Below, piece after piece: positions 41,115 through 54,425 of a stretch of DNA of 64,000 nucleotides. A model generated the notes under the pieces. The model had not been told where the DNA came from, ran no database searches, and was given only the letters and a program-made list of their open reading frames with translations. Source of the stretch: TPA_inf: Saccharomyces (taxonomy: Eukaryota); NCBI GenBank assembly GCA_000146045.2, contig BK006942.2, positions 224,001 to 288,000 on the forward strand, given 5' to 3'. Every line of letters begins with the position of its first letter. The first letter of the stretch is position 1. Position numbers and translations under genes: made by a program.

Positions 41115-43823
41115 TCACATAATACTTTCCACTTCACTTTCACTATCTGTTTCGGGAGACCTATCATCCACGGTATTGACAGTTGGTCTTTGGAAATCAG
41201 TTGCATGTGCCCAAGGAATGGATCTCGAAATGTTCTCAAACACGGAGGACCTTCTTCTGAAAGTCCCACGGTAAGCGGGCATAGGTTCGGCAAAACTGTG
41301 AGGATTATTGTCATGTGAAGGCGTGATAGGTATGTCGTTAAGTGATGAAAAGGCTTTTGAACCCAAATCACTACTATCCATAGAATCATCACCGACCTGC
41401 GCAATTGGATAAGGCAGAGGAGCGTCACCGGTAACCCTGAATAGGTGAACATTGGCAACATGTTCATTTTCGACTCTGAAGATGATCCAAACGAATCTTC
41501 TTAAAACCTCCAAAAGGGCCAATATAAACGACGTCACAGCACTCTGCTGAATTGTTTGAGGAGCAATTGCGTATACAATCCACTCAAATCTAATGAGGAT
41601 ATCCCAAATCATAGCAAAGTAATAAACTAACTTCCTACTGAATGAATAACTGCCGTTTTCCCAATTTTTTTTACCAGCTAAATACAAGTCGTCTCTTAGC
41701 AACCAATTGTAAGAAGTAGTATTGTGAGCAAAGGACCAATCCATAACTAAATCCCAGGCGGAAGTAAGGATCGAATTCAACGTAGCGCACACGATAAAAG
41801 GGGTTCTCCTTTGTTCAGAACGGTCTGACAATCTGTAAGCACAAAGTGTGGCATTATACGCTATACCCAAAGTGTATTTCGCCGCGTTCAAAAGATGAGG
41901 GAACCAATCACCGGAATCAGCAAATCTTCGTAAACATTGCATGAATCTCCAATAACTTGGTAAACATGATAAAACACCCATTGCTCTGGAATGTGAAGAG
42001 CCACATAGATTGTTGGGCGTATGAGAGTAAACACAGAAGAACATGGCAATATCGGCAATAGAATACGTCAACGAACAAATAATATCTCCCAAAAAGAAAT
42101 CACCAAACTCAACAGGGAAAAAACCAGACATCATCAGTCTAATAAGAGTAACCACCAGCCATTTTCTAGTGTGTACAACTTTGTCCCAATATGGAATTAG
42201 ACCAGAGGGACATAAAAATAAGAAAGACACAATACCAATATATAAAAAGCCTAAGGGTGTGAGCTTCTCCAAAGCGAAACTTAACATGGAACAGACCGCA
42301 CAAGGTACTATGAAGAATGTCAAGAAATACAACTTGAGCGGAATTTTACTCGTGGCAAAATCATTGTTGAAAAATTGCGTACCATTCTTGGATTGAATCT
42401 CACCCAGCATAATAAATCTATAATTAATCCCGGTTCTATGCCAGATAAAACAATTAACAAGAAAGAGAAACGCGATCAACAAAACCATGTACCAACCACC
42501 CCACAGTGGGAACAGAATCTTGTGCGTAAATGACGTTTCTTCAGAGCTAATGCCCAAATACAAAGTGTAAGTGATCAAAGTCATTGACACACCTATGCCC
42601 AGCCCGACAACCAGCATCTGCACAATCGATCTGTTGTTTCTATGAACCATTTGTTCGGAGATAGAGTACTGAATGGTCAATTTCTTCAACTTATGGGTAT
42701 TGTGCTTCCTGTCCTTAGGCGAATTGGTCAACGCAGTGGTGAACCACTCGGTGATCTGCGTTTCCAACCAAGTGATGGGCTCTTTGTCTCTTTGGGCGGA
42801 AGAGAGCTCCGAAGTGGGTGTTGGTTGCGAACTGGTTATTTGTTGCATCTTCTGTGCCACCAACTGCACGTTGGCATCCGCGTGCTTGAAAAGGGTGTAG
42901 TGGGTCCTGGCGTACGACATGAACGTGGTCAGCTCTCTTGTGTGACACGTTTTGTCGAATTTCTTGACCATTTTACGGAACCCGGTGACGTTGATATCCC
43001 GGAACGATTTGACCAATTGCAAGTACAGATAGTACTCGATTATAGCGTTGCTTAACAAGTTTCTAGCCTGGGTTGTCGTCATAGTCTCCAGAAAAGAAGC
43101 GCCAAAAGCAAACGTCTCGCGGCCTCTTGAGGACGCATCCTGTCTCAAGTCCTGTAGCAGAGAAAATCCACGTTTGGGCCACGATGGCAGCAGCCTATTG
43201 TCCTTAAGAACTTTCTGACAGTACGCTAGCAGCGACAAACGCGGCTTCTTGGCCTCTTTGGTGCAGGGCATTGACCCATACATAACAGACCGGCTATCGC
43301 TGTCGATGCTATTGACCCTGGAGTCAGAACGACCAGCAAGCCCTGCCGCATATAGACTCGTGGACATGTCAACATTCGAACTAGACCGGTTCAAGTTGTC
43401 GCGCTCATAATTCTTCTGCAGCGAGTAATAGTGCAGTTGCGACTGTAAAACCTCAAACTTCTTGTCGCACTCCTTTAGCAACCAAAGGTAAAACTCGTTA
43501 CACTTACTCAACTGGAACGAGATCAACCAGTCTTCAATGAAGTCAGCAACGAACTCCCTCTGCAAAGCAGAATAGTCCTTCTTGAACGCAGGTCCGGAGC
43601 GATAGTCTCCGTCGCTGCGACTTTTGCCGGGCTCTCTCTGCTGAAATGCAGTCTGGTATACCGACACAGAGGGCATCCAGCTCCGGTAGGAGCTGGATTG
43701 CTCTTCTTCGGCATCCAGCTTCTCCTTGTAGCGGCGAAGCTTCTTCTTGCCGACCTTATAATCAATATATTTGTCCCTCCATTCCGGGATGGCAGACTCG
43801 GTTAGATGGTCAGCAAACTTCAT
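41115..43823 (-). CDS. SYG1: SYG1, plasma-membrane protein with an SPX N-terminal domain and an EXS C-terminal domain
   Basis: 902-aa ORF with ATG verified. Confidence 0.92.
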   Translation of the reverse strand: MKFADHLTESAIPEWRDKYIDYKVGKKKLRRYKEKLDAEEEQSSSYRSWMPSVSVYQTAFQQREPGKSRSDGDYRSGPAFKKDYSALQREFVADFIEDWLISFQLSKCNEFYLWLLKECDKKFEVLQSQLHYYSLQKNYERDNLNRSSSNVDMSTSLYAAGLAGRSDSRVNSIDSDSRSVMYGSMPCTKEAKKPRLSLLAYCQKVLKDNRLLPSWPKRGFSLLQDLRQDASSRGRETFAFGASFLETMTTTQARNLLSNAIIEYYLYLQLVKSFRDINVTGFRKMVKKFDKTCHTRELTTFMSYARTHYTLFKHADANVQLVAQKMQQITSSQPTPTSELSSAQRDKEPITWLETQITEWFTTALTNSPKDRKHNTHKLKKLTIQYSISEQMVHRNNRSIVQMLVVGLGIGVSMTLITYTLYLGISSEETSFTHKILFPLWGGWYMVLLIAFLFLVNCFIWHRTGINYRFIMLGEIQSKNGTQFFNNDFATSKIPLKLYFLTFFIVPCAVCSMLSFALEKLTPLGFLYIGIVSFLFLCPSGLIPYWDKVVHTRKWLVVTLIRLMMSGFFPVEFGDFFLGDIICSLTYSIADIAMFFCVYSHTPNNLCGSSHSRAMGVLSCLPSYWRFMQCLRRFADSGDWFPHLLNAAKYTLGIAYNATLCAYRLSDRSEQRRTPFIVCATLNSILTSAWDLVMDWSFAHNTTSYNWLLRDDLYLAGKKNWENGSYSFSRKLVYYFAMIWDILIRFEWIVYAIAPQTIQQSAVTSFILALLEVLRRFVWIIFRVENEHVANVHLFRVTGDAPLPYPIAQVGDDSMDSSDLGSKAFSSLNDIPITPSHDNNPHSFAEPMPAYRGTFRRRSSVFENISRSIPWAHATDFQRPTVNTVDDRSPETDSESEVESIM

Positions 43824-44028
43824 CTGATACGGTGCTATGGTAAAGCCCTTCCATTGCTGCCAACTGAATTAAAAAAAAAAAAAAAATAACTACCAACCAT
43901 CAAATCAAACAAAACAAAACAAAAAAGCAAAGGAGAAAACCCATCTTGTACATGTACAGTCCCAAACTGTTGCGAAACCGTGCGATGATGTTCATGGAAC
44001 TTGCGTCAAATAAAACCGCATCCCGTCC

Positions 44029-44035
44029 CACGTGA
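44029..44035. promoter_or_regulatory. CACGTGA (Cbf1/Met4-type) motif in the SYG1-MET30 divergent region
   Basis: Motif is present. MET30 is a known sulfur-regulon member. Confidence 0.4.
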
Positions 44036-44473
44036 CAAACGGCACCCAAAATCCGTTCTAGAAATGCCTCACACCCACACCGATGATGGGCTTCCGACTC
44101 GATGACTACCAACACATAGCCAGCCGCAGCGGCTGGCAGCATGTGCATGATAATGATAAGTGATGATGAATGATGGTGATAACGATTTTGAACAAATGGC
44201 TGCAGCGATAGCAACTAAGGGGATGGAAAGACAGATCTGGGAGAGATAACTGCAGGGTGTGGCACGGCAACACAAGGCTATTGTATTGCACTAAACGGGC
44301 AAGAAGCCATGATGTGCGTCTGTATCCCAAAAAAAAAACTAATGGATTGGCGCGTGTACTATATATATTCATATGTCGTGTGTTTGTATATGTGTGGGAG
44401 TGATTGTGCGTGTATATGTGTGTTGGCGTGTGTGGTACAATGTGTGTGTTTTAATGTAGAAATGAGGTTGTAG

Positions 44474-44480
44474 CACGTGA
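44474..44480. promoter_or_regulatory. Second CACGTGA motif, 177 bp upstream of the MET30 ATG
   Basis: Motif is present. Confidence 0.45.
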
Positions 44481-44650
44481 TCGGGAAGCCACAGTTTGCG
44501 CGGAGATATTTTATTTTTTTTCATCAGCGTAAGAAGAAAGCAACCTTGCAGTCTGTATCGTAAGAGAAGACTGCAGTTAAAGAAGTTTAGAGAAGAGGCT
44601 TGAGTATCGGTAAAGGGGTGTGTGTTTGGTGATTTATAAAGGAGAAGGGC

Positions 44651-46573
44651 ATGAGGAGAGAGAGGCAAAGGATGATGAGTTTCGAGGACAAGGACAAGGA
44701 CGACCTTGACAATAGTAATAGTAATAACAGCAGTGAAATGACAGATACGGCGATGATGCCACCATTAAAGAGATTGCTTATTACGGGCAGTAGCGATGAT
44801 TTGGCACAAGGATCATCGGGTAAGAAGAAGATGACGATGGCGACGAGGTCGCCATCGTCATCACCCGATTTGGCGACAAACGACAGCGGCACTAGGGTAC
44901 AGCCATTGCCAGAATATAACTTCACCAAGTTCTGCTATCGGCATAACCCGGACATTCAGTTCTCACCAACTCATACAGCGTGCTACAAGCAGGATTTGAA
45001 ACGAACGCAAGAGATTAATGCTAATATCGCGAAGCTACCCCTGCAGGAGCAATCCGACATCCACCACATTATCTCGAAGTACAGCAATTCCAATGACAAG
45101 ATACGGAAGCTGATTCTGGATGGGATCCTATCGACGAGTTGCTTCCCACAGCTTTCCTACATTTCGTCACTCGTTACACACATGATCAAGATCGACTTCA
45201 TCAGCATTCTGCCGCAGGAGCTGTCGCTGAAGATCTTGAGTTATCTGGATTGCCAATCTCTTTGCAACGCCACGAGAGTGTGCCGCAAGTGGCAGAAGCT
45301 CGCGGATGACGACAGGGTATGGTACCACATGTGCGAGCAGCACATAGACAGGAAATGTCCCAACTGTGGCTGGGGGCTGCCTCTTTTGCACATGAAACGT
45401 GCGCGGATACAACAGAATAGTACAGGATCTAGCAGCAACGCAGATATCCAGACGCAAACTACGCGACCTTGGAAAGTCATCTACAGAGAACGGTTCAAAG
45501 TGGAGTCAAACTGGAGAAAGGGCCACTGCAGGATTCAGGAATTCAAGGGCCACATGGATGGTGTGTTAACGCTCCAGTTTAACTACAGGCTTTTGTTCAC
45601 AGGCTCGTACGACTCCACCATAGGTATATGGGACTTATTCACGGGGAAGCTAATACGAAGGCTCAGCGGCCATTCGGACGGCGTCAAGACATTATATTTT
45701 GACGATAGAAAGCTGATTACGGGCTCGCTCGACAAGACGATCCGTGTTTGGAACTACATAACCGGTGAATGCATTTCCACGTATCGAGGCCACTCGGATA
45801 GCGTTCTGAGCGTAGATTCATACCAGAAGGTTATCGTTTCCGGCAGTGCTGACAAGACGGTCAAGGTATGGCACGTGGAGTCCAGGACATGCTACACCTT
45901 GAGAGGCCACACGGAATGGGTTAATTGCGTCAAATTGCATCCGAAAAGCTTTTCATGTTTTAGTTGCAGTGACGATACCACAATCCGAATGTGGGATATC
46001 AGGACCAATTCATGCCTAAAAGTGTTCAGGGGTCATGTAGGGCAGGTGCAAAAGATCATACCGCTTACCATTAAGGATGTAGAGAATCTAGCCACCGACA
46101 ACACTTCTGATGGCAGCTCTCCGCAGGATGACCCAACAATGACTGATGGTGCAGACGAATCAGACACACCGTCGAACGAGCAAGAAACTGTCTTAGATGA
46201 AAACATACCTTATCCAACACATCTACTATCTTGCGGACTGGATAACACAATCAAACTATGGGACGTCAAAACCGGTAAATGCATAAGAACACAGTTTGGG
46301 CACGTGGAAGGTGTTTGGGACATCGCCGCTGACAACTTCAGAATTATAAGTGGTTCTCACGACGGAAGCATTAAGGTCTGGGACTTGCAAAGCGGGAAGT
46401 GTATGCACACGTTCAACGGTCGAAGACTACAAAGAGAAACTCAGCACACACAAACACAATCCTTGGGTGATAAAGTCGCCCCTATCGCTTGTGTTTGTAT
46501 TGGAGATTCAGAATGCTTTAGTGGTGATGAATTTGGGTGCGTAAAAATGTACAAATTCGATCTCAATGATTAG
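44651..46573 (+). CDS. MET30: MET30, F-box and WD40 substrate adaptor of SCF
   Basis: 640-aa ORF with ATG verified. Has an F-box (LPQELSLKILSYLD) and WD repeats. Confidence 0.95.
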   Translation: MRRERQRMMSFEDKDKDDLDNSNSNNSSEMTDTAMMPPLKRLLITGSSDDLAQGSSGKKKMTMATRSPSSSPDLATNDSGTRVQPLPEYNFTKFCYRHNPDIQFSPTHTACYKQDLKRTQEINANIAKLPLQEQSDIHHIISKYSNSNDKIRKLILDGILSTSCFPQLSYISSLVTHMIKIDFISILPQELSLKILSYLDCQSLCNATRVCRKWQKLADDDRVWYHMCEQHIDRKCPNCGWGLPLLHMKRARIQQNSTGSSSNADIQTQTTRPWKVIYRERFKVESNWRKGHCRIQEFKGHMDGVLTLQFNYRLLFTGSYDSTIGIWDLFTGKLIRRLSGHSDGVKTLYFDDRKLITGSLDKTIRVWNYITGECISTYRGHSDSVLSVDSYQKVIVSGSADKTVKVWHVESRTCYTLRGHTEWVNCVKLHPKSFSCFSCSDDTTIRMWDIRTNSCLKVFRGHVGQVQKIIPLTIKDVENLATDNTSDGSSPQDDPTMTDGADESDTPSNEQETVLDENIPYPTHLLSCGLDNTIKLWDVKTGKCIRTQFGHVEGVWDIAADNFRIISGSHDGSIKVWDLQSGKCMHTFNGRRLQRETQHTQTQSLGDKVAPIACVCIGDSECFSGDEFGCVKMYKFDLND

Positions 46574-47160
46574 GACCTGTGTGTGGTCTTTTCTTGGTCA
46601 AAAACATCCGTAGTACCTCGAATATATATGCTTACATATATAATGAAAAATACATAATAGCATTTTACATTTATTTTATTTCCAGGAAAAAAATAAATCG
46701 CTAGCGTATCACTAGCCTTTTCCATCTTCAGTTTTTTTCCTTCCTCTTTTTCGTCTCGATAAAACTCTTGACCATTAGATGCTATTACTCCCCCACGGAG
46801 CCCTTCCCACGCTAAGGGGGATGTCAAGGGGGGGACTGAAGATAAAGCTTATTATATTGACGGCGATGATGAAGAGGGCGTACGCATAAAATGTCGTACA
46901 AGATCCATAATCTGCAATATTGTTCCCTCAACAGTACTAATAAATCCAAAGGGCGAAGGTACTTTATTATATAAACGCGCACGGCCATTGTATATAAAGG
47001 CGATTACATAATAGAATACTTATCGATTCCGTAATCCTTGAAATATAGAATATACATAAAATAGACAAGAACCCAACAGTTGAGGCGCCAGCTTTGGTAA
47101 TAGCTTAATAATAAATAAAAAAAGATAATATAGCTAGCTAGTATTATTGCTTTTATCCGT

Positions 47161-48777
47161 ATGGCCACCACCACGCAACCACAAAATATACTGATGGATG
47201 AACCTTTAAATCTTCCTAATAACAGTGCCCACAACAATAACTATGGAAACATAAATGCGAATATAAGAACTTTTGCTGGTATGAGCATGCACATGCACCC
47301 TGCCAGGCTGAACTCTCTGGAGTTTTTGCACAAGCCCAGGAGACTATCTAATGTAAAACTGCACAGATTACCTCAGGACGAGCTTCAAAGAAATACGGAC
47401 ATGAATAAGGGAATGTATTTTAATGGGAAACAAGTTCATGCCCATCACCCGTTTATAAATTCTGGAGCGAACTTTAACGCACATCATCAAGACGTCAGTA
47501 AATTAGGCGAGGAGGAAGACGAAATCTCTCCTCTATCACATGATAATTTCCAGTATGAATCCGAGGAAAATGGTAATCCTTCACCTCCCATTTACAAGAA
47601 ATCTGGAGAACTGGTTAAGAGTTCATTAAAAAGAAGATCCAAGTCCCTACCCATTACTCCCAAATCTATATTCAACAAAACTGGCTCTAAGAGTAAACAT
47701 GTCAATTTAGATCATGTAGATACTAGGCTATTGCAAAGAAGTAAAAGTGTCCATTTCGATCGTGTTTTACCAATAAAGCTGTTCAATGAAAATGAGAAAC
47801 CCATAGATGTTGGCAAACAAATGGTTCAACAAGATGTTCTGAATTTCAAGCATAAGCCTTTGACGAGACTAAGTGCCCTTAATGGCGGTAGTGATAGCGT
47901 ACCTATAGAAGATTTACTATCTGAAAACAACCAAAACGAATATGGAGATACATGGCTACAAAACCCGAAGGGTGTATTCCTATTTGGTACAAATTCTAAT
48001 AATCGTAGAAATAAAAAAAAGAAGTTTAAACTAAGTGACGATGACAGTGATATTGAAAATGACAATGATAGTGACGACGCTATAAACCGTTTAGTAAGGC
48101 AACAAGACAAAGACCAAGCTCATCTTGCGCACGGGTTGAAGAATTTGTTAATAAACGATGACGACGATTATTTAGAAACAAGAACAAATTCTGCTAAATC
48201 AGGAGCCAACTTGTTTATTGGAAACTCTAAAAGAATTGTTGGTCTTTACAACAAGAACTTTCCAATATTAAGTGACAGGAACCGTAAGAGTTTAAAACTT
48301 AACATATTTCTGAATCTTTCCCGTGGAAGGCCCGTTTTTTTGCAAGAAATTACGCTACTAACTGGCTTCCACAACATGGTTATAATTGGCAAAGTCTTTG
48401 TGAAAAACATATACTTTGATAAGAAGATTATCGTAAGATATACATGGGATGCATGGAGAACTTTTCATGAATCAGAATGCGTGTATTTTTCTAATGCCAA
48501 TGGCATCTTACCAGGAAGCAATATGGATATTTTTAAGTTCTCCATTGATGATATACACAATCCAAATGATAAAGATAGCAATATATCACAATTGGAGTTT
48601 TGTATTCAATACTTAACTTGGGGCGTTGATCGTTCTAGGAAGGAATATTGGGACAATAATGATTCGGCAAACTATAAAATTGACGTGGTAACGAATGAAA
48701 CGAGGACAGGGCCCACAACAGACGTCAATGATAACTACGAGATGAAACATAGTCTTTTCAGAAACCCATTCCATTAA
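47161..48777 (+). CDS. PIG2: PIG2, PP1 (Glc7) glycogen-targeting subunit (CBM21-like)
   Basis: 538-aa ORF with ATG verified. Confidence 0.9.
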   Translation: MATTTQPQNILMDEPLNLPNNSAHNNNYGNINANIRTFAGMSMHMHPARLNSLEFLHKPRRLSNVKLHRLPQDELQRNTDMNKGMYFNGKQVHAHHPFINSGANFNAHHQDVSKLGEEEDEISPLSHDNFQYESEENGNPSPPIYKKSGELVKSSLKRRSKSLPITPKSIFNKTGSKSKHVNLDHVDTRLLQRSKSVHFDRVLPIKLFNENEKPIDVGKQMVQQDVLNFKHKPLTRLSALNGGSDSVPIEDLLSENNQNEYGDTWLQNPKGVFLFGTNSNNRRNKKKKFKLSDDDSDIENDNDSDDAINRLVRQQDKDQAHLAHGLKNLLINDDDDYLETRTNSAKSGANLFIGNSKRIVGLYNKNFPILSDRNRKSLKLNIFLNLSRGRPVFLQEITLLTGFHNMVIIGKVFVKNIYFDKKIIVRYTWDAWRTFHESECVYFSNANGILPGSNMDIFKFSIDDIHNPNDKDSNISQLEFCIQYLTWGVDRSRKEYWDNNDSANYKIDVVTNETRTGPTTDVNDNYEMKHSLFRNPFH

Positions 48778-48949
48778 AGAAAAAAACAAAAACTAATAGT
48801 ATTGTTTTACATATACAAAAGAAAAAAAAAAGATAAGAATACGTACTTTCTATTTTTATTTGAAGGTCATTTTCTTTATATAAAATAATATACTGGAATG
48901 ATGTTCTTTTTGTTGCTTTCTATATTTGCTTTCTTTTTTTACTTTTTAT

Positions 48950-49846
48950 TCAACTCCAGACGTTCTTAAATAACTCGTTATCATCCAATGAAATGTTAGA
49001 ACTGGAATTTGAATTCATACTATTATTATTTGTAGCGGTAATTCCAGTGTTCACGAATGGTGACGGAGTATTACAAGGCTGAGGTGTCGTGGAAGTGAAA
49101 AATGAGTTCTGGCTTTGAGTCTGGGCAGAAGGTTTTGAGTATAAAGATAAAATGGATTTTTTCAAATCGTTCCTTTGCCCAAATTCACCGACTCTGTTGC
49201 CAGTCTTGGTATTAGCAGCACCTATGCTTGTTGCAGAACTAGTTACACTTGTATTAGATGTAGTCTTAGAAAGCGATGAAACCTGTAGGTTTAATAAGCT
49301 CGTATTACTCCTTGAGGTGCTTAATAAGTGGGAAGGTGGTTGTGTTTGCGTCTTTTGTAATGAATTTGAGCTCTGGTCCAATCTTGCATTCGAAGCAGGC
49401 AACGAATGATTCGCAGACGGCTTATGCAGAACTGGTTCAGTAGAATCATTTAACCCTTCAATACTGGAGAGGTCACCAATCCACTTCTTATATTCATATT
49501 TATTCTTGATGAAATTTTGTAAACTGCTCGTATCAGTGATTTTCCTCTGTTTCAATTCATCAGCCAAAGTAGCTTCGTAGTATGAGTTAGCTCTTAAATT
49601 GTTTTTGAACTGTATCAGTTTCACCAAATGTTCTTCCTTCCATGTATCCAGATCAACAGATTTCACTTTCGAAATGTGCGTTCCCAATGATCTATGTATA
49701 CCAGCACATTTAATGCAAATGAAAACACCAAGTGACCAGGAAGCCCAGCGTGGATGTAGTTGCGCCTTACAGTCGGCACAATGACTGTTTCCTGGATCGC
49801 GTAAAAGAGCACTTAATGCCTTCTTGACTGGGACTGACGTCGACAT
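48950..49846 (-). CDS. AGE2: AGE2, ArfGAP (CADCK...CIKCAGIHR zinc finger)
   Basis: ATG at 49846 (MSTSVPVKK) gives 298 aa. The tracked ORF extends 40 codons further upstream in frame. Confidence 0.88.
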   Translation of the reverse strand: MSTSVPVKKALSALLRDPGNSHCADCKAQLHPRWASWSLGVFICIKCAGIHRSLGTHISKVKSVDLDTWKEEHLVKLIQFKNNLRANSYYEATLADELKQRKITDTSSLQNFIKNKYEYKKWIGDLSSIEGLNDSTEPVLHKPSANHSLPASNARLDQSSNSLQKTQTQPPSHLLSTSRSNTSLLNLQVSSLSKTTSNTSVTSSATSIGAANTKTGNRVGEFGQRNDLKKSILSLYSKPSAQTQSQNSFFTSTTPQPCNTPSPFVNTGITATNNNSMNSNSSSNISLDDNELFKNVWS

Positions 49847-50071
49847 CGCTTGTAAATTGCCCCACGTTCTATGCTCCTTTGTACAGTTGAAGCAAGTATT
49901 ACCTTTACTTTTGTTACTATTAGTACCGATCTTATACGTATTATCGAGTCGAAAATCGTCCAGCACGAAATATGGAAACGGTGCGTTTAGGTGACTAAAC
50001 TAAATAGCGTATATATTATATATGTTCCAATCTATATATATATATATGGCACTCTGTTACAGTTCCTTATC

Positions 50072-52292
<2,221 letters not shown>

Positions 52293-52524
52293 ACTACCGT
52301 GAAGGCGTCTTGATACCACGTCTTCCAGTTATGGTCTTGACTCACCAATGTTCTCAGTTTAATGTTGTTTGCTTCATACTGGCAGACATTTTCCCTTATT
52401 ACCGTGAGAAGCGAGCGGTGGATTAATCGGGATGTCAAAAACAAGAAAATTGCAACCTTCTTCACCTATAACCTATATGATTTGTAGGCAGAGGAGTGGA
52501 ATAAGCAACAAATCATAGTCATCA

Positions 52525-53505
52525 ATGTCGTTTAATGCCTTCGCCAGCTCTTTGAGCAAGAAATTACAGGAAATATCCACAAGTGTTTCCGAAAAAACCC
52601 AGGAATTGCCCAGTTTGGCGCAATCCACCCAAAGAATGGTCCAGGAACGTTTGGGCCAGGTGACGGACATCTCCCAATTGCCAAGAGAGTACACAGAGCT
52701 GGAAGATAAGGTTGACACCATCAAACTGATTTACAACCACTTCTTGGGTGTAACTGCTATCTACGAAAACGGATCGTACGATTACCCTAAATACATCAAC
52801 GAATCCGTCAACGAGTTTTCAAGAAGCGTGGCTTCCAAGTTGACAGAGTTGACTCATGCTACATCTGCGTCTGAGGCACAAAACATCTTAGTTGCTCCAG
52901 GCCCCATCAAAGAACCCAAGACGTTGAACTACGCCCTCAGTAAAGTGGCTTTGAACTCCAGTGAATGTTTGAACAAGATGTTCCCCACCGAGGAACAACC
53001 CTTGGCTTCGGCACTCTTGCAATTCAGTGATGTGCAGGCTAAGATTGCTCAAGCTAGAATTCAACAAGATACCTTGATTCAAACCAAATTCAATAAAAAT
53101 TTGAGGGAAAGGCTCTCTTTTGAGATCGGTAAGGCCGATAAGTGCCGCAAGGATGTCCATTCCATGAGATTAAGATATGACGTGGCAAGAACTAACTTGG
53201 CAAACAACAAGAAGCCAGAAAAGGAAGCTTCCTTGAGAGTCCAAATGGAGACTTTGGAAGACCAGTTTGCTCAAGTCACTGAAGACGCTACTGTGTGCTT
53301 GCAGGAGGTTATTTCTCACGCTAACTTCAGTGAAGATTTGAAGGAATTGGCCAAGGCTCAAGCTGAGTATTTTGAAACCTCGGCTGGCCTAATGAAAGAG
53401 TTCCTATCCAACTCATTTGCGGAAGAGCCGGAAGCAAAGCCTGAGGTTGCAGAAGAAGAAAAGCCACAGACAGCTATCTCTATGAATGACGAAGACGACG
53501 CTTAA
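52525..53505 (+). CDS. GVP36: GVP36, BAR-domain Golgi vesicle protein
   Basis: 326-aa ORF with ATG verified. Confidence 0.9.
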   Translation: MSFNAFASSLSKKLQEISTSVSEKTQELPSLAQSTQRMVQERLGQVTDISQLPREYTELEDKVDTIKLIYNHFLGVTAIYENGSYDYPKYINESVNEFSRSVASKLTELTHATSASEAQNILVAPGPIKEPKTLNYALSKVALNSSECLNKMFPTEEQPLASALLQFSDVQAKIAQARIQQDTLIQTKFNKNLRERLSFEIGKADKCRKDVHSMRLRYDVARTNLANNKKPEKEASLRVQMETLEDQFAQVTEDATVCLQEVISHANFSEDLKELAKAQAEYFETSAGLMKEFLSNSFAEEPEAKPEVAEEEKPQTAISMNDEDDA

Positions 53506-53722
53506 TAGCCGCCCTGTTCTTGTCTTTCTCTCTCCTTCTCTATATATATATATTTACTTAATACAATATCATATTCTCTAGTGTCGTACGAATATTATCA
53601 TTTATTTGCTGGCTTTTGTAGTGAGTATATTTTTTGTAGAGAAAATATAATTACTGGAAGAGAAAAAGCTACTGAAAAAAATTTCGTAACAGTCACCAAA
53701 GGGCAAAGTGAGCAACCCAAAA

Positions 53723-54139
53723 ATGGACGCTACTCAACCGCAATACGAACTATCCGTAGTAACACAATGCCTAAAGTCTGCCATTGACGTCATCCAATGG
53801 TTGATTCCTACTATTACTAAGTTCAGCCAATCACACCCGTTAGTTTTCCAACTATTGTTTATTTTCTTCACATTTTATGTCTTTTACAAGTTGTTGATGA
53901 ACTTCATTACTCTGGTCAAAAGATTCCTGTATTTGACGTTGGTAGTAACATGTATCGGTATTTATATGCGTGGTTCGCAGCAGTTTTTGACTGTGGACCT
54001 GTTGAATTTCTACAATTTCGTCATGTCAAATAGATACTACGCATTTAAAATTTATACTCTGTTTATTAATGCCCTGGAAAGAGAAATCAACACTGTTTAT
54101 CATTTGGCGCAGATGAAAATGGAACAGTTGCTTAAATAG
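53723..54139 (+). CDS. APQ12: APQ12, small nuclear-envelope / ER membrane protein
   Basis: ATG at 53723 (MDATQP) gives 138 aa. The tracked ORF begins at a GTG at 53708. Confidence 0.85.
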   Translation: MDATQPQYELSVVTQCLKSAIDVIQWLIPTITKFSQSHPLVFQLLFIFFTFYVFYKLLMNFITLVKRFLYLTLVVTCIGIYMRGSQQFLTVDLLNFYNFVMSNRYYAFKIYTLFINALEREINTVYHLAQMKMEQLLK

Positions 54140-54425
54140 AGCGAAACGCCTCTGCTTACTCGGAACATCTTAAAGTAATTACATATCTTAATTTCTAAAT
54201 ATTCATATAGATAAAGAACGTTTTTTTTGCTAGATTCCTCCCCTAGTCACTATCAAATATTGAGCTATTTTTGGTGACTTGTGTTTTCCAAATTATTCAT
54301 TACAATTGTGACTTGATTTCTGAAGTTTTAAGAAAAATTGCAAACTAAGTTATTACAAGCGATTTATCCGGTCGCGATTGAAGAACTGAAAACAACAGCA
54401 GCAGCATTGTACCAAGAATCCCAAG

